A program made the position numbers and the translations under genes. This document shows positions 41,423-53,900 of a stretch of 64,000 nt of DNA, one piece after another (position 1 is the first letter of the stretch; every line of letters starts with the position of its first letter). This DNA is from Trichoplax adhaerens (Eukaryota > Animalia > Placozoa), in the NCBI RefSeq assembly GCF_000150275.1, contig NW_002060949.1, positions 4,955,006-5,019,005 on the forward strand, given 5' to 3'. The notes below the pieces were generated by a model. It saw only the letters and a list, made by a program, of their open reading frames with translations, did no database searches and had not been told where the DNA came from.

Positions 41423-42505
41423 CGTGGGCCTGAGTGCTGGTGGATGGATGGACGTAAAGGACCAAAGAAGTGACACAATCGAGCTTGTTTCGCTCGTTTG
41501 TAGTGGCCTCAATGCCTCATTGGGTGCTGGTGGACGGACAGCCAACGAGGACCAAGGATGTGACACAAATGGACGAGCTTGTTTCGTTCGTTTGTAGTGG
41601 CCTCATTGAATGCTGGTGGACGGACAGCAACAAGGACCAAAGAAATGACACGAAACGAGCTTGTTTCGTTCGTTTTGTACAGTACAGTGTACAGTACAGT
41701 AGTGGCCTCATTGAGTGCTGGTGGACGGACAACCGGCAAGGACCAAAGAAGTGACACGAAACGAGCTTGTTTCGTTCGTTTGTAGTGGGACTAGTGGCCT
41801 CATTGAGTGCTGATGGACGGACAGCCAACAAGGACCAAAGAAGTGACACAATCGTGCTTGTTTCGTTCGTTTGTAAGTGGCCTCATTGAATGCTGGTGGA
41901 CGGACAGCAACAAGGACCAAAGAAATGACACGAAACGAGCTTGTTTCGTTCGTTTTGTACAGTACAGTGTACAGTACAGCGTATAGTACTGTACAGTAGT
42001 GGCCTCATTGAGTGCCGGTGGACGGACAACCGTCAAGGACCAAAGAAGTGACACGAAACGAGCTTGTTTCGTTCGTTTGTAGTGGGACTAGTCTCATTGA
42101 GTGCTGGTGGACGGACAGCCTTCGAGGACCAAAGAGGTGACACGAAACGAGCTTGTTTCGTTCGTTTGTAGTGGCACTAGTGGCCTCATTGAGTGCTGAT
42201 GGACGGACAGCCATCAAGGACCAAAGAAGTGACACGAAACGAGCTTGTTTCGTTCGTTTGTAGTGGCCTCATTGAGTGCTGATGGACGGACAGCCAACAA
42301 GGACCAAAGAAGTGACACGAAACGAGCTTGTTTCGTTCGTTTGTTGTGGCCTCATTGAGTGCTGATGGACGGACAGCCCGAAAGGACCAAAGAAGTGACA
42401 CAAATCGTGCTTGTTTCGTTCGTTTGTAGTGGCCTCATTGAGTGCTGGTGGACGGACAGCCGAAAGGACCAAAGAAGTAACACGATCGAGCTTGTTTCGT
42501 TTGGT
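41423..42505. repeat. GC-rich minisatellite, 12 copies of an ~83-bp unit, ending ~125 bp before the RAD54B ATG
   Basis: Consensus GTGGCCTCATTGAGTGCTG(G/A)TGGACGGACAGCCnnnnAGGACCAAAGAAGTGACACGAAACGAGCTTGTTTCGTTCGTTTGTA. Confidence 0.97.
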
Positions 42506-42630
42506 ACTGAAGCAGTCCGGCAGGATTCCGGTGTTCAGTGAATTCACAGTGAAAAATCAACTACAAATGGATGCCAAATTCTGCAAATAAAATCGAAATT
42601 TCATGATATAAACAACATCAACAATTTTCA

Positions 42631-45600
42631 ATGAGGCGTTCAGCTGCCCCTTCTGTTACCTCCAGTACAGCTAAGCGTGCTAAATTTCAAGTTCCCTTTG
42701 CAAAAGATGCTAAGGTAAATTGTGCAGTCACTAGCGTCATTCAACATTGCCTATTTTACTGCTCCTTTTTTTGAATATGCCGCCAGAAAATACGATTGCA
42801 GCTATTGCATAACATGGCAATTTCCAGTAATAAATTGCATGATTATAATTATCTTAAGCTATCCGTAAATTTTACGTGTTACAATTATTATTATGGATGT
42901 TTATGGCTGTCATTTGACAGAGAAGCAATGCAGGATATTGAGCTGACGCAACGGATAATAAAAATAATAGTATAATAAATAATCAATCATAATAATAAAG
43001 ATTTTAAAAATGACCACAAATATCCTCACGTTACTACTCTACAGTGCTATACTGCAGCGATAATTCAACATATAATTTCTAGTACTACAAATGGATTACG
43101 CACTCAGTTATATTTTACTCTGATACTTTTCCTGCCATCGACTTGCTATTTCGTATTGTTAGCTTAAAATTGAACATACACTCTCATAAAATATCTTGAC
43201 ATTAAAATTTCGAAAAGATAGTGTGACTTTAGCTGCAGTCTACCCTTACAGTAAGTCTACCTACAAATTTATTCGACAATGTACTGCACACTACTTAAGC
43301 GAGAGGGTACTGTAATAGCATACCTGTAATAACACTAAAACTGCACACTCTCTAGCCAGGTCTCCAATTGAAATTTAGTTTAATTTAGAATAACTTTAAC
43401 TAAAAATTTCCAACCGTGCATGAATATCTCCATCATAAATTCATTCAACTACTAGTATACTTTTGTATCTTTGAAGGACGCTGATACTGTTGGGTCATCA
43501 GTCTTGACTCAACTAATTCAACCTCTTATAATGAAAGATTTTTTGTTAATCATTTCGATTATCTCGTACGTAGGCAACGTGTTGCAGCCTGATATTAATA
43601 ATGCAATTTGATTGCTACTTTTACAGCATGCAACATCGGTGACCAAGAAACCGAATAATCAAACATCGTTGCTTGGCGATACTGGTCAATGCAGTGATAA
43701 ATTGGAGCATTGCAAAACCACTATTGAAGCACATGAGGACACGGGTAATACGGATGCAACACACCGTCTCATCACTACGAAAGTACCAGTAAAACATAAA
43801 ACTGCCACAACTGTTGGTTTTAGGTCCCTCACGACATCAGGTTTTAAACCTCCTACTTTAGTATCAAATACTCCTATAAAAAATGCATCTACTGGAGATA
43901 GTAGTGCTCTATCGACAGTTAGAACCGGTGATTTGGTAAAATCGAATGGTAAGCAGTAGAAGCAAAATTTTTAATTATTAATCAGTTTATTACAGTAGAA
44001 TGCTTAAAAGTGCTTTTTCAGATCGTTTTAGCTTATGATATCTACGCAATAAATTTTTTAATTCTATATTGAGACAGCTAACAGACGAGAAACGAGATCT
44101 TTCTATTCAAATAACTTTAAATTTCTGACAAAGCTTTTTCAATAACTGTTTGTACTGTGCAGTATAAACCATACCATTATTTTTAATCAATGCATCAGTC
44201 TAGATGAAAGGTACTTATAAAGAGCGCATTACATTTGCCTTGCTCTAATAAAAATGAAACTGTTAAAATTCACCTTTTGTAAATTTAATTTCCTAAAAAT
44301 ATGCACCTGCTTACATGGTTCATACAACTTAAGAACGTACCTGATGAGATATGCAATAGTTGATTATCCGATTGAAGCACTTGATATAACAATATATTAA
44401 TATACGCGTATATGTAAGCTAGGTATACGGGCTAAAAATTAAGAAATAAAATCCCTCAGTATAATTTCACTTTATTACAGAAGCAAAATCGAATGAAGAA
44501 ACTAGAAATCCTTGCTATTATAATGTCATGTGGTATGTAATAAACGGATAAAATAATAGTATAAGTGCATTGGAATTTGCACAAGTTTATGCAGCTTGTT
44601 GGATACGTATAGAACAACAGTAGACTTTGACAGTTACAAATGCACTCTATGTGATGATTAAATATACCATTATTTTTTGCGTTACCGCTTTACAGGTGCA
44701 AGTTATCAAATAAAAAGGTATGAGTGGAATAGACTGTACAGTAATCTTTTTTTGCAAACTGGAAATGAGATATTATTCCCGTTGCCTATAATAATTTTCT
44801 TTATGATAACTATTGTTAACGTAAAAAGCTAAGTCGAGCAGTCTAAATATTTCTCAAATTGTTCAATGGCACACTATTTTTAATTAAGTAGTCTCTAATA
44901 GGATACTTACAGTTGACATTACCGCTAAATTTAACATTATTCTTTCTTTTATAAGCATAGTTTACGTCAGAAATATCCATCTTGAACAATAATTGTAATA
45001 GTTCACTAATAAATGAGCGACTTTTACTAAATTATTAACTTCTGCTATGATTAATTTGCAACATGCATGCATATATACTCTTGTATACATGGTTAGAACA
45101 AAAAATGGGAGAGTGATGGTAAGTTATATGATAACTGTTTGACATAGTCCTAAACGTTATACATGCAATAGTAAGAAAGGTATCTTTATTGGCAGCTTTC
45201 CTTATAACTACCCCAACTACAGCAACCTTGGTTAACCTAGAAGGAAAAGAGTATGTGTAAAATATAAATATACTTGCTTCTGTTAAAATAAAGGTATCTA
45301 AATTATACATAGTCCGATGTAGCTGAAAATTTTAAATTCTCAGATTTATCTATGTAATTTACATGGCAGGATTGGAAAGAGTACAGGTTACAAATTATCA
45401 GAATTGAAAGATCTTCTGTCTGGTCAGACGTTGATAGTTGGAAGAAAGGAGGTTGAGGTTAGTCAGTAAATCTTGTATTCTTTTTTGTAAGGGGTCATGA
45501 TTCTGTATGTGAATCCGTACATTGGCAGATAATTAGTTCAATCAGCGATACCGATTGGGCAACTGGAAAGTGCTTCCGAACTGCTACTAACACTACCAAT

Positions 45601-48097
45601 GTAATACCGCAAATTGCCAGTAAGTATAGCATTATCAGCTAATTTTAATATTTGCTTTTGCTTTAAAAGGCTAAGTATATTATTGCCACTTTCGATTTAT
45701 ACTTTTATTGGTGCAATTTCCATCTACATTTTGCCTTTATATTGACGAAATAATTAGGACAAAAGTTTACAAATAAATTCTCATCTCCTTTGAAATCTAT
45801 CGAAAATATGCCCACGAAAGTATGTTTAATTTGTTAAATTTGGATTTACTGATTTACGGTACAGTAATTAGTATTTGAATAATTACAATTTCTATTTTGA
45901 TTGCAGGATGTAAAAATTACTCACGAAAGTCCTAGACACGACCCAAATGCTCCGGATGCTCTTGTAATGCCACGACCTAGTGTCGACCATCAGGTAATGT
46001 TAAAATTGTACCATTAATCTGATCACATTGATTGAATAAATTAAAATTTCAACATTTAATAGTACTGGAATATTTCATTTGTAGCGCAACTTCAATACAA
46101 ATAAGCTCTGTGTAGTCGATGTTGTTGTTGATCCATACATAAGTCGTCGTTTACGACCTCATCAACGCGATGGTGTCATATTTCTATATGAATGTGTTAT
46201 GGGAATGCGTGATTTTTCTGGCTTTGGTGCTATATTAGCGTTAGTATTTTTGTCAATAAAAATATAATCCTTGAACGTTAAAATTTTTGAATTTTTGCTA
46301 GCTTCTAAAACAATACTACAAATCGATCTATGTATTTAAATAGAGATGAAATGGGTCTTGGAAAATCGTTACAGTGCATTGCATTGATATGGTAAGTTGA
46401 TCATGGTTATAAATCTGTAAATCTTACTGTGAAAATGCGCGATAAAGTTATCTTTTAACAATTAATACATCTCACCCTTGGCTTTAACACTTAAATGTTA
46501 ATGTTCCCGTGAATTCTTGTCTACCCTACATTTTGTATAGGACACTTTATAAGCAAGGGATGTACGGTGGTAAAGCACCAATTAAGCGGATTCTTCTTGT
46601 TACTCCTGGTAGCTTAGTACAGGTCAGTCCAATATTATATAATGCACTGGTACAATTAATGATAAAAATGGTCTTAACTGAAGAACAAGATGTGCTGTGC
46701 TAAGCTCATTTCTTTGGTTAACTACTTACAAAGTATGACTATTACTTCGATAATGCTTACAATACCTCGCTCATCGAAATAATATTGTTACATCATGATT
46801 AGAATTGGTCTCGTGAATTTCGAAAATGGTTAGGCATTGAACGATTTAAGGTGTTTCCTGTCAGTTCTGATAAGAGAGTTGAGGTAAATTGTGATTTAAA
46901 GTATTTATCGCTATTTAATAATTGCATAAGTTACTATATATAAATAAAGTCGATGATGTTGCAGACTATTCAATTCGGAAACATTCGCGTATAATGCAGC
47001 TTTCGTATATCATACATATTGATTTCATTCCTATATAGGAATTTATCAAATATCCCCAATATCCACTGATGATTATTAGCTACGAAATGTTTGTACGCTC
47101 TTGCGATACACTGAAAGGCATCAAATTTGATCTTCTGATATGTGATGAAGGGCATCGCCTTAAAAACTCTTCCAATAAAACTTTTGCGGTTAGTTCTATT
47201 CCTATTATAATGTATAATTTGTACTGATAACAGTTAGAAAGTCTCCGTTATTACGTCTCATCGGAAATACTGTTATAGTTGATATCAAGCGTGCAAACAC
47301 GACGTCGAGTTCTTGTTACTGGCACTCCTATACAGGTAAATATAATTCACGCGTATATAACACTAATAACAGTAAAAAATATTATCTAAAAAAGTTAGCT
47401 TAATCATAATATTTTGCCAACGATTCCTAGAATGACTTACAGGAATTTTATGCCATTGTAGAATTTTGTAACCCAGGAATTTTAGGTCTTATAAATTGAA
47501 GTTACAATATTGTTGTTTTTAGCTTGATTGATTATAACGAATAAAGGTTGTGATATTATTAATCATTATATCCAAAGGGAGTGAGGCCGCATTTCGTCGT
47601 ATTTACGAAGATCCGATAGCTAAGTCGAGATTGCCAGGATGCAATAAAAAGGAGAAAAACCTCGGTGAAAGTCGAGCTATAGAGGTAATAGGCATTTATA
47701 AGGATATCGTTTTGGTCTAAAAGAATAATATGAGCATATTGCTGTTACATAAAAGTATATACGTTCACGTATGTGACGTGAGCACATATCGCAAGAGTAA
47801 ACAGTATTAATTTCATGCATAAAAGCTATTTAAATTATAAATTGTCTAGAATCGCTTTTACTTGCAATTTTTTACTGAATTTAAACAGTTGCTATGTGAT
47901 AAACATTAACTACTCTAAATCGCAGTATTAGCTTATGGTATCTGCTAATGTTCAAAACTCTACACATTTACTGCATTTTTTAACTGTTAACTGTATACCT
48001 ACGTAAAAAAGCTAGGACTATGCTATCAGCAGTACAGATTTCACCGTAAATAATTGGACAGTCAACTGAAACTGGGAAAATACTACAATATCTAATG

Positions 48098-48132
<35 letters not shown>

Positions 48133-50812
48133 ATATCGCAGACAACACAGTTATTCAAGCTTATTATAGGCTGTTCCAATTTTTAAATATTACTGATTAT
48201 TTCAATTCCACAAACATCCTTCTTAAGTTATCATATGTTTAACAGATCAATTTTTCAAATTAATTAGTAAACTCCTCATAATTTATTCTCTAGCTATCCA
48301 GATTAACAAAGCTTTTTTGCCTCAGACGCACTCAAGAAGTCATTATCCATCATCTTCCACCTAAAGGTTTAAGCATTATATTAATATCAAAAAATGTGCC
48401 CCATTTGTGTCCTTTCTAACATCTATGATTACGCACGTTATCACCTATTAGTGGAATATGTGATATTTTGCAGAACCGCACCACTACAAGTCCTTATATA
48501 TCGACATCTGCTCAGTTCTCGCCTATTTAAAGAATGCATAAGCGCAGTTGAATCGAATTATTGCAGACATTTCATGTGTATTAACGCTCTTAGAAAAGTT
48601 TGTAATGAGCCGAACTTAATTTATGAAGCAGTCAAGGATGCTGAATCACATCTGATTGATGACGAGATTGGTAAATCTATTGAGGAGGAGCACGTAGGTG
48701 TAATAGCTATATAAGAACGATTGAATCAGGTTGAATTAAAGTGAACTCCTACATTTACGGTGGTAATTCAATTTTATCTTTAAATTTTAATGCTTCCCTT
48801 ATTATGTCTGCAACTAGACACTTCTATACGCTGGAATTCAATCGTTATATCCACCCAACTATTCTCCTGATACTTTTACTACCGAGCATTCAGGCAAATT
48901 AGCCGTATTGAGTAATTTACTGGATTGGATATACCAAAATTCGCCTAAAGAAAAAGTAGTTGTTGTTTCTAATTTTACCAGAGTTAGTATGGTATCTGAA
49001 GTTGACGGAGAAACACTGTTCTGGTGCTGTAATACAAATATTGGATCATAGAAGCAAACACTAACATAGTCTTTTCTTTTTCAATTTATCTTAAGACCTT
49101 AGATGTACTACAGAAAATGTGTAAAAGTAAAAATTATCGCTACGTTCGACTAGATGGATCAACGCCAACTTCCAAAAGGCATACCATTGTTGAAAATTTT
49201 AATTCATCTTATAGTAAAACATGTGGGTAAAATTAATTAGTTAACGCTTTCGCTAGGAAGCTTTCATTAACGTTACATTCTTATACCTATTGTGCCTGAA
49301 GGACTGTCTAAAGTATCAAATTTTATTTTAGTTGTTTTTTTGTTAAGTTCGAAAGCCGGTGGTACTGGACTAAATCTAATTGGTGCTTCGCGATTAGTAT
49401 TATATGATATTGACTGGAATCCTGCTAATGACCTCCAGGTCAAACTAGTTACTCCAGTAGCTGAAAGACTTTCCTACAATAAATCCAGTGCTTTTAGATT
49501 TTTAATAAAACATTGGTGTTAGATGATGAAATGAAAAAATCACAAATTTTGAAATTATTTATTCAGGCAATGGCCAGGATTTGGAGAGATGGTCAAAAAA
49601 GAGATGTTTATATCTATCGACTAGTTACAACGGTATGCGCAATGATTGTGTAAACTGTGGATTGTTATGATCTGATTTGTTCGAATCAGTCTTAATACTC
49701 GTATATGTTATTCCAACATGAAATAGGGTACTATAGAAGAAAAAATTTTTCAACGACAAGTTATGAAACATGATTTAAGCGGGGCAGTGATGGATACGAG
49801 AGAGTCCGGAAGAAGTCAATTTACCAGAAAAGATTTACATGTAAGCCAAAATTATTTCCTTAACTTACATGAGATTTACCTATTGAACTGTACTTCTAGT
49901 AGTTACCAGAGTGGTATGCGATATAGTTGTACTAAGATTAATTACAAGTTATTAGACTTTCACAATAATAGTCTTCGTCTAAACTATGCATATAACATGT
50001 GCTATTTTTATCACTTTCGGATAAATTATGAAATATTATCAATGTTAAGTGATTATGTGTTTAGAAGTTTTTAGACTATTAAGTGCAAAGTTGTTAAAAA
50101 TTGCCTTTTAATTTACAGAATCTATTTAGCTTGCGAGAGGATATCGTGTGCGATACACATAAACTACTTGGCTGCAATTGCTGCCTCGAAGGAACGGTCT
50201 GCTAGTATTATTTTATTGAATGACATTAATTGATTGTAACATCGAATAACATGTTTCTTATCATATAGTTTAATGATGCTGATGAGAGCGATAACAATAC
50301 TGGACCTAAAAACTCTTCCATGGTTAGTTTTATTACTATGTTAGAGTTAAGTTTGTTGCCACTGGTCATTGTGAAGGACTTTTATTTATTTACGGATATT
50401 ACTAATTGCTAGAATAAGATTGAAATGGATGAATTAATGAAATGGGATCATATTCCAGTCCCACTCAGTGAATCAGTTAAGGTATGAGACAAAATTTGTA
50501 AACAAATATAAATAATAAATGGCCGTAACATATATACTTATATTCACAATATACCAAAATGTATTCAGTTTAACAATACTTAAATCAATTTTAATTACTC
50601 TTCACGATTATAATGATTTGCTGTGCAGTAAAATAGTGTACTTCTAGAATAATCGTTTACTTCACAAACTCTTTACTAATTTCTATATTATATATCATGA
50701 CGATCAAACATACGCGAACTGGCAGGATCAATGCCTTCAAGATATTGACAGCAAAAATATCACATTTGTATTCCAAAATAGAATGTCATTGAATAATGAT
50801 GTTACTTTATGA
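42631..50812 (+). CDS. RAD54B: DNA repair and recombination protein RAD54B (SNF2 translocase), many small exons
   Basis: N-terminus MRRSAAPS and KKWESDA match RAD54B. Helicase motifs [48 protein letters not shown] and [19 protein letters not shown] were assembled across GT-AG introns. Stop TGA at 50810-50812. Confidence 0.93.
48099..48129. repeat. (TA)n microsatellite in a RAD54B intron
   Basis: About 15 TA units. Confidence 0.95.
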
Positions 50813-50970
50813 ATTTCAAGTAGTAACTTATTTATGTATTCAATAGCCCGACTATATAGCTATTCTTACCAGTGAAGTACTAGTAGTATTAGTAAAGTTA
50901 TGTATTCCAAATAAAAGTCACAGTCTGTGTAAATATCATTGTGAAAGCTAAACTTGAAATAAATTGTCAG

Positions 50971-53900
50971 TTATTCCGCTTCAATAAAATTTTTCCACCA
51001 CTCCTTTAATTTATTGTCACTGTTTGTCCAAAATTTCTGAAAATCTGGTAGTAGTTTGTCTTGTTGATTGTCAGAAGTAGAACTTGAGCGTTTGGGCAGC
51101 ATGTAATTTTGCGACCACAAGAAATCGACCTGGGCCTCTTTCAAATTCGTTGTATCGCATAACTATAATAATTTGAATGCAAGAAATTTTTATAGTTACT
51201 GGTCAAATATTAATGAATCTACGAGTAAAAATTTACTATACGTGTATCACCCCTTTTTAAAATTACAAAATTAATTAAAATATTGCAAAACGACCAATTA
51301 GTGATAGCTTTACCCCAAAGTAATGACTAACATCAGGTTTACATTTTACCCATACCTTATTGATCTGCTCCTCTTTGCTACGTATGCGATATTTAACTAA
51401 TGCTGCACCGGAGGAGTGAATAAATAATAGCTGTTCGTTTTCTATTATTTCAACGCCAGGATCAATTATGAATTCAAGTCTATAACGAATAATATAAATT
51501 AATATGCACCCAGGGTATCTCAACTTGGTGATAGTGATTTTATTTTCTATCGCTAGATCCAACATACTGAATAATATGACAACTTTATCACTTACCTGTC
51601 CATCACAAGTTTAACAAATCGTCTAAATTTACCAACTGTTGTATCTGAAATTACAGCGAAGTTAAAAAAATGGGTGTATAGTTATCTAAATTACAGATTA
51701 CTCCACAGTAATTGCGATCGAATCTAGTGCAAGTAATAAAACAATATACTTTTTCCTTCCTCCTTCGCGTCATCATTAACAAGCCAAGAGAGATCAATAT
51801 CGATCTCAGCTGGTGAGTAAAATGGGTGTACAGAATTGGAAGTCGGAAACGGACAATATGGAACTGGTGTCAATAAGAAACCTGCTGCCCGAGCTCTTCT
51901 TCCCCAATCTTGGATCTGCTCATATATATTCGCGATTGTTACCGATAATATAGCTATTGCTCGCAGTTAATGATTACGTAACAGTGCTATAGCTAACTTA
52001 CGGTTTCGTTAACATCAGTAGCGGACGATATTAACCATCGCACTTCAAATCGATAAGCACACCTAGGCTTGTAATTTGTACTATAATTAACGGTAAACCA
52101 TTCTTGGAAGTTTTTATCTAATTGTTTCTTATGATCTACTTCAATTTGAAGACATCTGTATTGAAGATGTTCTGATTCTGAAAAATGCAATATCCCCTAT
52201 TTACCATCGCTGAACGCTACTATAGCCTAAGCAAGATTTGCTAAACATATATAATTATTAATTGTTAACTACCCTGAGAAGGCATAACATTCTTCATCCC
52301 ATAAATTTCTATCTCAACCCAGCGATCAGAAAATTCAGTTACAGTCTCATTACCTATAATATAATTGATTATATATATAGGCGTTATAATTTTAATTTGC
52401 AACAGTCGACAAATCAAATAAACAACAATCCTTTGATAGGTCTAATCTAAGAAGAATTTTACGTACTAGAAGCGATACAATAGACGTGGTATCCAAATAT
52501 AAATTGATTTTTCCTGGAGTTGGTTATCTTAATAATTAACTTTTCATCTAGAAGACGCTGATTGTCGAGAGATATTCCAGAATAGTAAAGTTATCATGCA
52601 GGATTTTATTTTACACGTTAGTCCAGAAATTAATTTACCCATTCATGATTTCACTACTCCACTAGTACCTCAGTAATGAAACTATGAAATATACCTGGCC
52701 TAAAGCTAAGGCATCTGTAATAGTATGAACAGAATCGATTGATTCTATGACCCAGCCAACAAAAGTCGCGGAGACAAAGGTCTTATTTGGAATGTCTCTT
52801 TGTTTATCTAAGAACGGTAGTCCAGCTCTATACAATCATGACATATAATAATTGTTACCAGTCAATTAGCTTACAACTTGTATAACATTTGCATGAAATA
52901 ATGCAATATTAAAGAATTCACTTACGAGATATCTTGCATCAGTTGAACAACTTCATTAGATGATATCGTCTTTGATGAATTATCAGATGTGCTACGAGCG
53001 CCTTCCTCTCCGGATATATTTTCTAATTATGTTTAATGAAAATACGTTTTAGAGTTAGATTGCTATCAGACATATTTTTTGTAATTCATTGATAGTAGAA
53101 AGTATTGAATAGAACTTTAGCTCTAAAAATTCACCTACCTTTTCGAGTTTCCATCGATTTATCAGCATCGGAATAAATCGTCCCGCTAGTGATTGACTCA
53201 TCCGGATCGACAAATGCCTTGAAAGCTTTCAGCTGCGACGGCTTCAAGTAAAGGATGACAACTTTACAGTTAATAATTAACTTTCACCTTACTACGCTCA
53301 TTAAGTTACCTTGCTTAAGGACTGTCGATGGGAACTTCTCCTACAGCGATTTAAATTTTCAGCAAATTTTAAAAATTGCTCTAACAAAAATATTTCCTTC
53401 AATCTCTCACTATAGACGCATGTGAGAGATTTCATTTCAGTACTTTTTTCGGGCACCATTATATGCAAGTAATTTAATATGGTGGCTTTGCTAGATGTAA
53501 CCGAGGAATGAACCGGAAGAAGAGCGAAACGTAATTGCCAGAACTTGACAAGCTAAACCGTTAAGCGAAAATATTATATGTATAACTTCACTGGTCACCC
53601 TATATATCATAGATATTGCTACTAAACAGAATACCTCATTTAAAAATTCATGAGATCTATCAATTTTTCCCATAACATAATTATCTATGGATTGCCAATC
53701 TAAATCTCGTAGTTCTCCACTCTTTAATTCAACCATTGTTTGCTTCAATAACCCAAAAAATCGTTAGAATTATTTTTAGAGTAGTACCGTGACGACCATA
53801 TAATTATTGCAAAATTAACAATGGAATAAGATATTAAATCAACTTAAACTGCAAACTCGATATCAACTAATAGACTCCTATTACAGAGTGGGAATGGATA

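Noticed and set aside
41423-42505. 83-bp array as CRISPR, hammerhead ribozyme or tRNA/SINE array
   Set aside because: There are no unique 25-45 nt spacers or cas genes. CTGATGG/CTGGTGG is not the CUGANGA core, and stems I and II do not form even though a GAAAC stem exists. An A-box-like GTGGCCTCATTG is present, but there is no proper B-box or cloverleaf.
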